A stretch of 63,884 nt of DNA, counting the filler, from Octopus bimaculoides (lineage: Eukaryota): assembly GCF_001194135.2 (NCBI RefSeq). It is 7 parts of 7 records of this genome, joined end to end, with 100 filler letters (N's around TTAATTAATTAA, not from the genome) between each part and the next. Parts side by side here need not be neighbours in the genome. Positions count along the whole stretch, not along the records: positions 1 to 14,321 come from NC_068997.1; positions 14,422 to 28,224 come from NC_068981.1; 5 more parts are not named here. One strand, 5' to 3'. Positions 11,521-25,289 of this stretch are shown here, in pieces. The first letter of the stretch is position 1. Every line of letters begins with the position of its first letter. The notes below the pieces were generated by a model, which saw nothing but the letters and a program-made list of their open reading frames with translations, ran no database searches and had not been told where the DNA came from. A program made the position numbers and the translations under genes.

Positions 11521-12117
11521 TAGAAAAGACAACGTGGAGATAAACCTTACCAGGTGCGCCACAAACACTCTCAGGTTCGCCGTACAAGATAAACATATCT
11601 ATTGCATTGAATTAAATTCTAACTTTTTCAAAGAAAACGGTAAAGTCTTATCTACGTAACAATTTCATTACTCTTTGTCTAGCTGCACTTTCGCGACAAG
11701 AATTCCTATGTGAAATATGGAAGGTTTTTCTGTCGCATTCCATAGCTTATCTTTGCAGATTATAGCGTGACTTGAACTCAGATCCATGCCAAATGAGCGT
11801 AAGAAATTTTTGCAAATGATTTTGTCTGGCACCGTTCCTGTCATTCACTTCAGCACCCTATCAAGTTATTAAACAGAAAATTAATTAATTAGTATATATA
11901 TAAATAAATATGTTATGTATGTATGTATGTATGTATGTATGTATGTATGTATGTATGCATGTATGTATGTATGTACGTGTGTGTGTGCAAAAAGGAAATT
12001 TAATTGGCTAATTTGTCTTAAAAACTTTGTGAATGTGATTTAGATTAGGAATATATTAGCTACTAGGTCCTTTATATGAAGGCATTTATTGGGTGTGTGT
12101 GTGTGTGCGTGTGTAGA

Positions 12118-12280
12118 AGTAGGCATGACCGCATGGTTAAGAAGCATGCTCTGCAGCACCCAATTATCAGGTTCAGTTCCCCTGTGAGGCAATTTGGGCA
12201 AGTGAATTGTTCTATAGCCCTGGGACTACCAGCGTCTTGATAATAAGTTTACTAGACGGAAACTGAAAGGGGTTCGTTAT
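12118..12280 (+). mobile_element. SINE family B 5' half, diverged
   Basis: CATGGTTAAGAAGC...GGTTCAGTTCCCCTG...TTGGGCAAGTG...GACGGAAACTGAAAG. Confidence 0.7.
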
Positions 12281-12674
12281 ATATATATATATATATATAT
12301 ATATNNNNNNNNNNNNNNNNNNNNNNNNNNNNNNNNNNNNNNNNNNNNNNNNNNNNNNNNNNNNNNNNNNNNNNNNNNNNNNNNNNNNNNNNNNNNNNNN
12401 NNNNNNNNNNNNNNNNNNNNNNNNNNNNNNNNNNNNNNNNNNNNNNNNNNNNNNNNNNNNNNNNNNNNNNNNNNNNNNNNNNNNNNNNNNNNNNNNNNNN
12501 NNNNNNNNNNNNNNNNNNNNNNNNNNNNNATATATTCTTTTATTCCTTTGTTCTTTTACGTGTTTCAGTCATTTGACTGCGGCCATGATGATATGACATC
12601 ATTATTACTGCAATATTGGCCTCCTACCCACCAAAATTTCGGGCCTTATGCCTAGAATAGAAAAGAATATTGGC

Positions 12675-13135
12675 TCCTAAGTGTTTTTTTTTATGTTGGG
12701 GAATAGATAATAGTCAGGCGGTGCCAAATCAGGAAAATAGGTTGGTTTATCAACCAATGCAAAGCGACAGTCACGCACGGCAACCATTGAAGCCAGGGCC
12801 TTGTTTGCTGGAACACTGTCCTGGTGAAATAAGACCCCTTTCGTCAGTTTTCATAGGGATTTGATTTTGATAGCCTTTCGAAACTGTCTCTGTAAGTTGG
12901 CACAGTACTCTCTATTGATGGGGTGGCCCTTTTAAAGATAGTCAATAAACATAACGCCTTTAGCATCCCAATAAACTGAGGACAACAACTTCACTGCAGA
13001 TGAAACGACTTTGGCCTTCTCTGAGGCAGTTGAGAAGGGGCGCTTCCACTGCATGGAGTTTCTCTGTAGAATGTCTGATCTGTAAACACTTCACAAAACA
13101 TGTAAATGGAATCAAACATTGCTTGTCAGCCATTG
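12675..13135 (-). pseudogene. Mariner (D34D-type) transposase remnant, catalytic region
   Basis: Minus-strand translation SMQWKRP...VYWDAKGVMFIDYLLKG...VLFHQDSVPANKA...PTYFPDLAPPDYYLFP with stops and frameshifts. Confidence 0.85.
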
Positions 13136-13162
13136 CTATTTTACATTATTTCACTGACTCGA

Positions 13163-13592
13163 AGGCAGTGAGCTGGCAGAAATGTTAGCACGCCGGGCGA
13201 AATGCTTAGCAGTATTTCGTCTGCCGTTACGTTCTGAGTTCAAATTCCGCCAAGGTTGACTTTGCCTTTCATCCTTTCGGGGTCGATAAATTACGTACCA
13301 GTTACGCACTGGGGTCGATGTAATCGACTTAATCCCTTTGTCTGTCCTTGTTTGTCCCCTCTATGTTTCGCCCCTTGTGGGCAACAAAGAAATAAGAAAC
13401 GTTAGCACGCCGTGAGAAGTGCTTAGCGGCATTTCGTCTGTTCTTACGTTCTGAGTTTAAATTCCACCGAGGTCGACTTTGCCTTTCATCCTTTCGCAGT
13501 CGATAAATTAAGTACCAGCTGCGTACTGAGGTCGATCTAATCGACTGGCTCCCACCCCCAAAATTTCGGGCCTTGTGCCTGCAGTAGAAAAG
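13163..13592 (+). mobile_element. Dimeric SINE family A with 18-bp TSD
   Basis: Full unit followed by a 5'-truncated unit with a different tail; ATTATTTCACTG(A/G)CTCGA at 13145-13162 and 13593-13610. Confidence 0.92.
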
Positions 13593-13699
13593 ATTATTTC
13601 ACTGGCTCGACATGTTTCCTCAACTTGAACTCGTTAGCTTCCTCTACCCAGTGTTTTTTATGTGCGTATACCAATAATAATACTAACACTACTGTTACT

Positions 13700-13801
<102 letters not shown>

Positions 13802-14263
13802 CAAGGTAGCGGCTGCGTCGGCTACTAAACTTGTCATTTTGTCGCGTTCTCAAAATTTCAGTTCGTTGTCAATTTAAGAAATTTCTCGAACATGATTCAA
13901 GAACATCGGATGATAAATCGGTTTCGATAAGTTTTCAATTAGCAAAGGCATTGAACACACTATCTTATTAGCTAAAAAGACTGTTATGGTAAACATTAAA
14001 GTTGTCAGAAAAAGAAAATATTGCTGTGGACTTTAACGAATCACCTCCTTAAGAACAATATATGTGTGTGTATGAGTATTATTTGGATGTGTTTGTCAGA
14101 ATATGTTTGTACGTAGGTATAGGTATATGTGTGTTTATGTGAACACACGAATAGATATATATGTATGCTTATATGTAGAGATATATATGTATATATCCGC
14201 ATTTACATATACATAAATATGTGTGTATGAATGTTTATGTATAAAAGTATATGCACGTCTATG

Positions 14264-14299
<36 letters not shown>

Positions 14300-14365
14300 C
14301 ATAGACGTGCATATATATATANNNNNNNNNNNNNNNNNNNNNNNNNNNNNNNNNNNNNNNNNNNN

Positions 14366-14377
14366 TTAATTAATTAA
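14366..14377. other. Scaffolding pad TTAATTAATTAA in N runs (also 28269, 40186, 56149, 60501, 62534); assembly artefact
   Basis: Identical 12-mer with stops in all six frames, centred in equal-length N runs. Confidence 0.95.
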
Positions 14378-14421
14378 NNNNNNNNNNNNNNNNNNNNNNN
14401 NNNNNNNNNNNNNNNNNNNNN

Positions 14422-15095
14422 TATGCATATATGGGTACAGGACGTCACAAAACGTAAACAATATGAAGGTGAACTTGCGTATGCGATTGCCGGCTGTTTA
14501 CCTACTCCACACTTTGGGCAATTCACGACAATATGAAGCTTCGAAAAAACAGTTCGAAAATAAAATTTGGGATTTGTGGATGGTCAAAGTTGGTAATAAA
14601 AACTGGACAATGGAGACATACAACAAACCAAGCGCAAACAAACATTGAGCGCCGTTAAGCTTTACAATGTAAAGTAGTGAACGCTGGAGGAATATTCTTT
14701 GACAAGACAAAAGATAGGGGAGGAGACAGATAAGAATGCGTCTGGTCTGTGCGACAGACTGAAGGAAAAGAAAGATGATCACGTGAGGAGAAGAAAGATG
14801 GACGATGGTCACGTGTAAGCAACGAGAGAGAGAGGGAGAGTGAGAGACACACGGAGACAGATAGAAAATGGTGAAGAGGAGAAAATAGAATTAGAGAAAG
14901 GATGAGGAAATCAAAACAAAAAGGGGAGAAGTGGAAAAAAAAAGAATTAGAGAAAGGAAGAGAGAGAAGACGAATGGGGGAGGGAGAGAGAACAGCACAG
15001 GGTAGAGTCGCATCAAAATTATTAAGATAAGCTTGCGTGGAAATGGATACGTGGCTTTCAATCGTTTTTTGACGTCCTGTACCCATATATGCATA
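14422..15095. mobile_element. Element bounded by about 32-bp inverted ends TATGCATATATGGGTACAGGACGTCA(C/A)AAAACG, embedded in TA-rich microsatellite
   Basis: 14422-14454 is the reverse complement of 15063-15095 with one mismatch; the same terminus occurs at about 9427, 9897 and 38448. Confidence 0.65.
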
Positions 15096-15140
15096 TATAT
15101 GCACATATATATGTAAGTATGTACATGTATGTATATATGC

Positions 15141-15176
<36 letters not shown>

Positions 15177-15264
15177 TCATATGTATGTATGTATGTATAT
15201 ATATATATATGTATAATTTATATTATTATATGATTGAAAGCAACGTATATATTTCCAAGGACGT

Positions 15265-15334
<70 letters not shown>

Positions 15335-15335
15335 G

Positions 15336-15400
<65 letters not shown>

Positions 15401-15804
15401 GTAACTCTGTCTCTGTGTCTGTCTGTCTCTCTCCCTCTGTCTCTCTCTCTATATTATATATATACACANNNNNNNNNNNNNNNNNNNNNNNNNNNNNNNN
15501 NNNNNNNNNNNNNNNNNNNNNNNNNNNNNNNNNNNNNNNNNNNNNNNNNNNNNNNNNNNNNNNNNNNNNNNNNNNNNTATATATATATATATATACATAC
15601 ATATATATATATACACACAGATACATATATCTATACACGTGATACGTTTATGCACATATTTTATACATATAGACATACATATTTATATAAGGAAACATAC
15701 ACAAATGTCTCTGTGTGTGTGTCTATATATATATGTATATATAATATATATATATATATATTATATAATGTATATATGTATATATAATATATATATGTAT
15801 GTAT

Positions 15805-15843
<39 letters not shown>

Positions 15844-16649
15844 GGGTGGCTGTCTCTGTGTGTCTGTGTGTCAGTGTGCATTCGTGAGCATGTGTATGTG
15901 TCGAGTTATTCTTTATCTCCAAATTTCATTATTTCGTCTGCTGGCTGCTATTTATCAACATCTTCCTATCATTCCCACCATCTTCTTTCTTTTGAACTAT
16001 CAGCAACACATCCATAAGTTCGAAATCTACCTGCCTCCAAGCCCCCACCATCACTCCATCCATCCATCCATCATTCCCGCCATGTACATTAATATATACA
16101 TATATACATGCATAAACATATAGATACATACATACATACATGGATACAGACATTGATACATGAATGTATATGTATATATATATATATTTNNNNNNNNNNN
16201 NNNNNNNNNNNNNNNNNNNNNNNNNNNNNNNNNNNNNNNNNNNNNTATATATATATATATATATACTCACTCATACATACATATATATGCTTATATACAT
16301 ACACAGACATACATATATATATATACACACATACGTACATACATATGTACATACATATGTACATACATATACATATACATACATACACACATACATATGA
16401 GTTTGCACATATATATATATATACATGCATGCACATATATGTACATAAATATATTGATGGAGGTATATATTATATAATTGTATTATACATATATATATTA
16501 CAATATATATATCATAGAATATATATATATATATATATCAACTTACTTCACAGCTACACGCACATACGCGACACACACATACGCAACACAAGTAATACTC
16601 ATTGACGAGGGTGGTAAAAATTTCGCCGTTGTTGTTCATGTTGTTGTTG

Positions 16650-16723
<74 letters not shown>

Positions 16724-16970
16724 GTTGTTGTTATTCTTGTTTTTATTGATGTTCTTATTAGCATTATTATTAATATTGTTCACGTATTTAGCAACATATT
16801 CTTTGTCCTCTCTTCATTGCCATCTTACATTCTGTCTCCTTAGGGGAGACATATGTTATAAATGTGAAAGATGCATATAGCGATAGATAGATAAATAGAT
16901 AAATAGATATATTAATAGATAGGTAGATAGATAGATATAGAAATAAATGAATAAATAGGTGCATAGATAA

Positions 16971-17027
<57 letters not shown>

Positions 17028-17043
17028 CCTGTCTGTCTGTCTA

Positions 17044-17092
<49 letters not shown>

Positions 17093-17132
17093 ATATCTAT
17101 CTGTCTATATATATATATATATATATGTATAT

Positions 17133-17188
<56 letters not shown>

Positions 17189-17321
17189 ATGTATATGTAA
17201 ATATATATTTACATGTATGTATATGTATATGTATATATATGTGTATATATATATATTTATGTATATGTATATATATGTTTGTGTGTATATGTATGTATAT
17301 GTATGCATATATATATATATT

Positions 17322-17352
<31 letters not shown>

Positions 17353-17423
17353 ATATATATATATTTATATGTATGTATATGTATGTATGTATATGTATGT
17401 ATATGTATATATATATATCTATT

Positions 17424-17478
<55 letters not shown>

Positions 17479-17480
17479 CA
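15265..17480. repeat. Microsatellite-dominated block: (TATC)n, (TA)n, (TTA)n, (GATA)n/(TATC)n, (TATG)n
   Basis: Direct reading. Confidence 0.9.
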
Positions 17481-17979
17481 TCGGGAGCGTGGAGAGAGGA
17501 GGCTGGTATGCATAGGCGACTGCCGGTCTTTCTTAAAATCAACCCAAAGTTGTGCGTTCGCCGATGCATATTCATTGTTCATTTACACTTTACATACTCA
17601 GGGATTCCGGAATGTTGCATAACGATGAAATAAAATATCCATTTCCTTTCGTCAGACGTTATGCAGAAACATCGTGTTATCATTTCTTTCTACAATGTGT
17701 CGTCGCAATGAGTTGCATGAGAGATGAAGTTGTTTCTAACACACCACTATATGAGGAAAGTCTAAATTGAATAAATATAACTAACGTTCGACCCCGTAGT
17801 GTCCTTATCCACTGAGAAACTTATAAGGGTTATAGAAAGTAAATTACTCGAGTTATCGTATTGTTGGCACTGATGTATTTATTTTGTGCAAGGAAAAATA
17901 AAGAAAACATTGTTTATACTCACATGAAGTGCTACCAAGATGATGAGGAGGATCTGATATAAACCTAATATTATCATAC

Positions 17980-18050
<71 letters not shown>

Positions 18051-18157
18051 ACACATACACATGCAAACAAACATACATATATATTTATACAGGTAGAGCG
18101 AGAGAAAGAGAAAGATAAATTGATATATGATTCAATATACACGCAAATAGATTAACG

Positions 18158-18190
<33 letters not shown>

Positions 18191-20129
18191 CTACAGAGAT
18201 AGATAGATAGATAAATAGAAAGACGGCTAAATGGATAGATAGGATAGCTAGCTAGCTAGATAGATAGATAAATAGACAGACAGATAGATAGAGAGATAGA
18301 GAGATAAAAAGAGAGATCCACCAATAGATATAGCGATATATTAGACAAACACGTATGCGCGTGTGTGCATTGTTTTACTCTCAGCTTTTATTGTTTTCAT
18401 CATTATAAGATGTACCTCAGTTTCTACACACACGCACGCACACACACACACACACGCACACACACACACACTCAGACGCCCGTGCGCAGGTACTTTGTAT
18501 GCTTCATAAACAAACAAATCTACCCATTAAGCACCCACGAAACACACAAAATATCTTCCGTACACGTTTGCTCTCTCACATGCACTCACACATAAACACA
18601 CACGCAGAAGCGTGAAATAAGGACGCCCACTTGTGCTCCCTTCCTCCTCCTCCACCTCTCGTTCCCTTTTCTTTCCTTCTTTCTTTATTTATTTCTGCCT
18701 TCCTCATGTACACACACATACTCCAACAACCCTCCTACACACACCTTGCTAATATGGCCACCTTTACAAGTCAAAGAGTGACGTTCCTATAAAACACCAC
18801 CAGAGACAGAAACATCCAGAATCAGGAACATTGAATATCTCTCGAAATACTTATGCAACGTCAGCAACACCACCGTCACTACCGCCACCACCACCACCAC
18901 CACCACCACCACNNNNNNNNNNNNNNNNNNNNNNNNNNNNNNNNNNNNNNNNNNNNNNNNNNNNNNNNNNNNNNNNNNNNNNNNNNNNNNNNNNNNNNNN
19001 NNNNNNNNNNNNNNNNNNNNNNNNNNNNNNNNNNNNNNNNNNNNNNNNNNNNNNNNNNNNNNNNNNNNNNNNNNNNNNNNNNNNNNNNNNNNNNNNNNNN
19101 NNNNNNNNNNNNNNNNNNNNNNNNNNNNNNNNNNNNNNNNNNNNNNNNNNNNNNNNNNNNNNNNNNNNNNNNNNNNNNNNNNNNNNNNNNNNNNNNNNNN
19201 NNNNNNNNNNNNNNNNNNNNNNNNNNNNNNNNNNNNNNNNNNNNNNNNNNNNNNNNNNNNNNNNNNNNNNNNNNNNNNNNNNNNNNNNNNNNNNNNNNNN
19301 NNNNNNNNNNNNNNNNNNNNNNNNNNNNNNNNNNNNNNNNNNNNNNNNNNNNNNNNNNNNNNNNNNNNNNNNNNNNNNNNNNNNNNNNNNNNNNNNNNNN
19401 NNNNNNNNNNNNNNNNNNNNNNNNNNNNNNNNNNNNNNNNNNNNNNNNNNNNNNNNNNNNNNNNNNNNNNNNNNNNNNNNNNNNNNNNNNNNNNNNNNNN
19501 NNNNNNNNNNNNNNNNNNNNNNNNNNNNNNNNNNACAACTACCACCGCCGCCGCCGCCGAAACCACCACCACCACCACAAAACTACCACCAGCGCCACTA
19601 CCATCACCGCCACCACCAGCATTCCCAAAACACAGTCCCCGACACCTGTATTATCCCCAACACAGGCGGCATCACCACCACCACCAACAGCAAGAAAAAC
19701 AAGAACAACAACAACAATGACTACAGCGCCGCCGCCGCCGCCACCTTCCTCTTCGCCCCAGTATATCAACAAGACAACGGCAGAAGATTACAAGAATAGA
19801 AAAAGAAAAGAGAAACGAAGGAGAGAGTGAGAAGAAAGGCGAGGCAGAGGGTGTTAAGATTTGGAAGAAAAAATAATCTGATAAGACATGTACTGGTCTA
19901 CATTCTTTTTAGGCCTGAGGACAAGGATTTTCGGGTCAATGGGATTTCAATATACATCGCTTCTCACTCACTCACTCACTCGCTCGTTCATTCTCTCTGT
20001 CTGTCTCTCTCTCCTTAACTCTCACACGTTCTCTTTCACTGAATCTCTCTGAAGCAATCCAAGACGAAATGTTAAAATTTATGGTTTCATCTTTTTGTTA
20101 TTTCAGTTCTCAATAAACCTACTTCGTTC

Positions 20130-20338
20130 CGTTGGCGCATTCTTCTTCTTGTTCTTCTTCTTGTTCTTCTTCTTGTTCTTGTTCTTGCTCTTGTTGTTGT
20201 TGTTGTTGTTGTTGTTCTTCTTCTTCTTCTTCTTCTTCTTCTTCTTCTTCTCCTCTTCCTCCTCCTCCTCCTCCTCCTCCTCTTCCTCCTCCTCCTTCTT
20301 CTTCTTCTTCTTCTTCTTCTTCTTCTTCTTCTTCTTCT
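20130..20338. repeat. Polypyrimidine (TTC/TTG/TCC)n tract
   Basis: Direct reading. Confidence 0.95.
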
Positions 20339-21309
20339 NNNNNNNNNNNNNNNNNNNNNNNNNNNNNNNNNNNNNNNNNNNNNNNNNNNNNNNNNNNNNN
20401 NNNNNNNNNNNNNNNNNNNNNNNNNNNNNNNNNNNNNNNNNNNNNNNNNNNNNNNNNNNNNNNNNNNNNNNNNNNNNNNNNNNNNNNNNNNNNNNNNNNN
20501 NNNNNNNNNNNNNNNNNNNNNNNNNNNNNNNNNNNNNNNNNNNNNNNNNNNNNNNNNNNNNNNNNNNNNNNNNNNNNNNNNNNNNNNNNNNNNNNNNNNN
20601 NNNNNNNNNNNNNNNNNNNNNNNNNNNNNNNNNNNNNNNNNNNNNNNNNNNNNNNNNNNNNNNNNNNNNNNNNNNNNNNNNNNNNNNNNNNNNNNNNNNN
20701 NNNNNNNNNNNNNNNNNNNNNNNNNNNNNNNNNNNNNNNNNNNNNNNNNNNNNNNNNNNNNNNNATATATATATATATATACATGCGTACGTATATATAT
20801 ATACAAACATTTATTTACATATATATATATGTATATATATACATCTATGTGCGAGTATGTATATATGTGTGTGTACATATCTATATTTGTATATATTTAC
20901 ATACGCGCACACACACACACATATATATATGTATGTGTATATTTTATACAATAATATATTTCCGTATTAGTGTTTCTAACTTCGCTTCTTTTGACACCTC
21001 ATCCTCTATCTCTGCTAGCCATCATTTATCAATTTATCTATCTATCCGTCTGTCTTTCAGCTGTCTATCCATCCATTCGTCTGTCTGCCTGCCTGCTTGT
21101 CTGTCTGTCGGTCTGTCTGCCTGCCTGTCTGCTTCTCTGTCTGTCTCTGTCACTCTATTTGTCTGTCTGTCGGTTTCTCTGTCTTTCTCTCTATCTGCAC
21201 GCCCGCACACATCACATACGTAGGCGCACATCACCCACGCACGCACACATCACACACACACACACACACGCGCACACACATATGTACATATGTATGTATT
21301 TAGTGTTAA

Positions 21310-22550
21310 ATAAAAGTCATTATTGTTTCCATACAAAGAATGAACTTCAATCAATTATATAATTTTCCATTTTGTTCGATGACTTTTGCCATCTTTCTAG
21401 CAACTTCATGATTCCACGCTCATGGAACCTCTGGTCATTATCAGCCAATAGCTGAAACAAGTGCGATTTTGGGTCATCATCCTTATTGAAAGTTTTACCA
21501 TTCAAAGAATTTTGGAAATTTCGCAATAAACGGCTATTTGGTGGTGCAATGTCAGGGCTATATGTTGAATGTGACATCATTTCCCAACCAAGCTCCAATA
21601 ATTTTTCACGTGTTAGCAAAGCTGTGTGTGGTCTTGCGTTGTCATGGTGGAACACGATTCCTTTAAGATTTGCCAATTCTGGCCGTCTTTCTTTGATCGT
21701 TTACTCCAGTTTCATTAGTTTTTGACAGTAAACATCTGAACTGATCATTTGGTTTCTTGGAAGCAGCTCAAAATACACAACACCTTCGTAATCCCACCAA
21801 ATTGATAACATGACCTCTTTTTTAATGTAATGCAGCTTTCGATGTGGTTTGTGCTGGTTCATTACGCTTGGACCATGATCGTTTTCGATTGATGTTATTG
21901 TAGACAATCCGTTTTTCGTCACCAGTGATGATTCGTTTCAAAAGAAGGTCGATTTCTTGCGTTTGCGATGCATATAGCAAATATTGATTCGTTGTGTTAA
22001 ACGAATCTCTTTTAATTTATGTGGAACCCAAATATCGAGCTTCTTAACGAGTCCAATAAACTTTCAATTGTTGTGTGTGATACATTTAATCTCTCTGCAA
22101 TCTCTCGCATAGTTACATGACAATCAGATTAAGTTATGGATTTGACTCGGTCATCATTAATTTCAGTAATTCGGCCGGAACATTGGTTAGCTTTGTGAGA
22201 AAAATCTCCAGAATGAGAACGAAATTTTTTAAACCATTTCTGACATGTGCATTCTGTTAAGCAATCAACACCATAAACTTCACGTATCTCTTTGTGAAAC
22301 TCAGCAGCTTTCTTGACTTTATAGAAAGCAAAAAAAAGCAAAATATAGCGAAAACTTTTCGTTTTTGAACTACATGTTAAAATTGACACTGAACTAACAG
22401 CTGTAGACAAAATTACATGCAATCTGCTGCTAAAGTAAGCTAAAAGTAACGGCTATCAAATGTCAAAATAAAAAAATCACAATATTGATAAAAAGTCATA
22501 CAAAAAGCTCGTAACTATATCTATTTGCGAAAAGAGAAATTACTTACTTG

Positions 22551-22555
<5 letters not shown>
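21310..22555 (-). mobile_element. Near full-length defective mariner (D34D class) element
   Basis: Fragments EIREVYGVDCLTECTCQKWFKKFRS (HTH), IITGDEK, VMLSIWWDYEGVVYFELLP, FHHDNARPH...YSPDIAPPN (third Asp replaced by Asn); frameshifts; TIRs eroded. Confidence 0.92.
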
Positions 22556-22612
<57 letters not shown>

Positions 22613-22683
22613 GAGTAAGCACTTAAATGCAAAACAAAGTGGGAAAAATAGTTCTCGAATACAGAAGGTAGAGTAATATGCTC

Positions 22684-22839
22684 TTTTATTAAAGCTGCCA
22701 AAAAATCACAAAAAAACAAATACTGTTACTTGAGTTTCGCATTCCTGTTCGTCGGACAATCTTCATCACAACTGTCCGACGAAGGGAAACGTGAATTTAA
22801 CAGTTCTTTTTGTGTGATGTTTTTGAAGCTTTAATAAAA
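22684..22839. repeat. Imperfect palindrome whose arms each carry a hammerhead-like motif (probable inverted Penelope-like terminal repeats)
   Basis: TTTTATTAAAGC...TTCGTCGGACA / TGTCCGACGAA...GCTTTAATAAAA; minus arm reads ATTGT CCGACGA ACA-GGAA-TGC GAAA CTCAAG TA ACAGT. Confidence 0.7.
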
Positions 22840-23540
22840 ATAAAAGTAAGTATATAAACATATATATATATATATACACACAGACTCACACATATTCACA
22901 TATCCTCTTATGCAAACACACACTCACATAATATACATACACATAGAAAAGATAAAATGCATCGCTTCCTGACGTTTTACCAATGGGAGAGAAAACCTAG
23001 TTCTTATATCCCCTACCAGTGGAGAATCCTCTTTACTGAATAAGTTAATATTTCCTTAGTTACATTCTTCAATCATCACTCATCATAAAACAGGCTATTC
23101 ACCCTGATTAACCAAACAATAGAAAGAGCCACAACTTCCTCTTCTTCATCAACCTGGACACCACAAATATTCAACCGCGTTGTGTTTAGTTTATCAATTT
23201 GTAATCTATTTGTTTTATCTCTAGAGATCGAATTTTGCGAATCTTGCTTGTGTTTCCTTTCAGTTTGCTTGGTCTGCAAATATTTATATTTACTATGAAG
23301 TGTCAGTTCAATGATAGATATCTATTTTAAGGTTCCTGAATAAATGACATTGGTGTGCGCAGTTGGGTTTTGCTTGTTTTTTCTTTTTTGTACTTTATCA
23401 TAGGGAAAATTACAAGAGTAGCATTTCATTAGACACACACACACACAGACACACACACACACAAACACACACACACAACTCAAATTATCACACACATACA
23501 CTTACATACACATATGTACATACGTACATACATACATACA

Positions 23541-23614
<74 letters not shown>

Positions 23615-23826
23615 NNNNNNNNNNNNNNNNNNNNNNNNNNNNNNNNNNNNNNNNNNNNNNNNNNNNNNNNNNNNNNNNNNNNNNNNNNNNNNNNNNNNNN
23701 NNNNNNNNNNNNNNNNNNNNNNNNNNNNNNNNNNNNNNNNNNNNNNNNNNTGTATATGTGTATATATATATATATATATACATACACACATATACACACA
23801 CACGCAAATACACATAGATATATATA

Positions 23827-24698
23827 CAGGGTGCGATAGATAAATTGTCGCCATTTTATATTTTTTTATTTCGCGCATGCGTATTGTTTGCTTTTGATTT
23901 TGTCGACTCCACAATATCGTAGGGTCAGTTGGGTACCGTCTGTGAGAAAAACAACACCATGACGCAATTCACTCTGGCAGAAATTTCGAAACCACATGCT
24001 GTACTTCTTTGCATTCGCACTGTAAGCTCCAATATGAACATTTCAGAGTGTTTGGGTGTCAATCTGAGGACAGTGCAATCTGAGGACATGTGTCGAGAGT
24101 GATAAAAATCAAACAACCAGTCAACGTCATGGTGTTTGGAGTGATCACTCATGATGGTGACGTTATGCTTCCATTCATCTTCCTACACTGCCTGAGAATC
24201 AACAGGGAGGCCTATATCAAGTGCCTGGGTCAAGAGGATGACTGCTGGAAGACCCTACGTCTGGTAACAGGACTCTGCACCATGCCACACAATCAGGAGA
24301 ACCCAGTCATGGCTGCCAGATAATTTCTGTGACCACATCACCCCTAACATTTGGCCACCAAACTCCTCAGACTGCAACCCCCTTGATTATTATGTGTGGG
24401 GCGCAGTTGAGTGAGAGACCAACAAAACTCCTTGTAACCTCAAAGATAAACTGAAGTCAAGGATTGTGGCAGCATTCACCAACTTAAAGAAGGAGACCGC
24501 CAAGGGGAGTTGCAGGAGATTCCAAAGTCGTCTGGAAACCGTGGTTGAAGCCAATGGCAAATTTATTGAATAAATTTGCACTTTAGTATGTCAATAAATA
24601 TTTTAATGTAATTTTGGTAAAAATATCTGTTAAAATGAGATGTCAGTGTTATTTTTACTTTTGCGTAATTTAGACGACAATTTATTCACCACACACTG
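23827..24698 (+). mobile_element. Internally deleted DD37D (maT/mori-type) Tc1/mariner element
   Basis: TIRs CAGGGTGCGATAGATAAATTGTCGCC and CAGTGTGTGGTGAATAAATTGTCGTC (reverse complement); QDSAPCH...WPPNSSDCNPLDYYVWG has 37 residues between the two Asp; TA at the left flank. Confidence 0.9.
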
Positions 24699-25256
24699 TG
24701 TTTAACGTTTATCATACAGGATTCTTGAGACCTTGTGTCATCTTAACTTACAACTAAGTACGTATGTATGTATGTATGTATGTATGTATGTATAAATTAA
24801 GCAGAAAATGGAGAAAATTTTTATCAACAAACGAATTAACTATGATCGATTATTATTTTTTTTAATACAAAACTTAAGTTTTGTATTTTAAAAAATCTAA
24901 CCGATGGCAGTCAATTTTTTTGTTGATGAAACGTTTTCTCCATTTTCTGCTTATTTTAAATTTGATTCCTGATAAACTCTTGTTTATTCTGACATTACCT
25001 GTATCCTATGAGCATAGTGTGCTTGTATACTCATGCCTAGGGTTAACATCGGTCATTTATACCGGTAGTAATAACAGATATTCTTATACTTTAGACGGTT
25101 ATTCCAACCGCTAACTCTACTAACCTTATATATATATGTGTGTGTGTGTGTGTCTGTGTGTTCATTCAAATGTTCTGTCTTGTTCTTACGCTCTCACCTT
25201 TTCCTTTCTTTGGAAATCCATTACGGATACAAGAATCTTCAGTGGTACTCAGCCAC

Positions 25257-25289
<33 letters not shown>

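Noticed and set aside
14366-14377. Recurrent TTAATTAATTAA inside N runs (six sites) as a biological repeat
   Set aside because: Identical 12-mer centred in equal N pads with six-frame stops; a scaffolding linker
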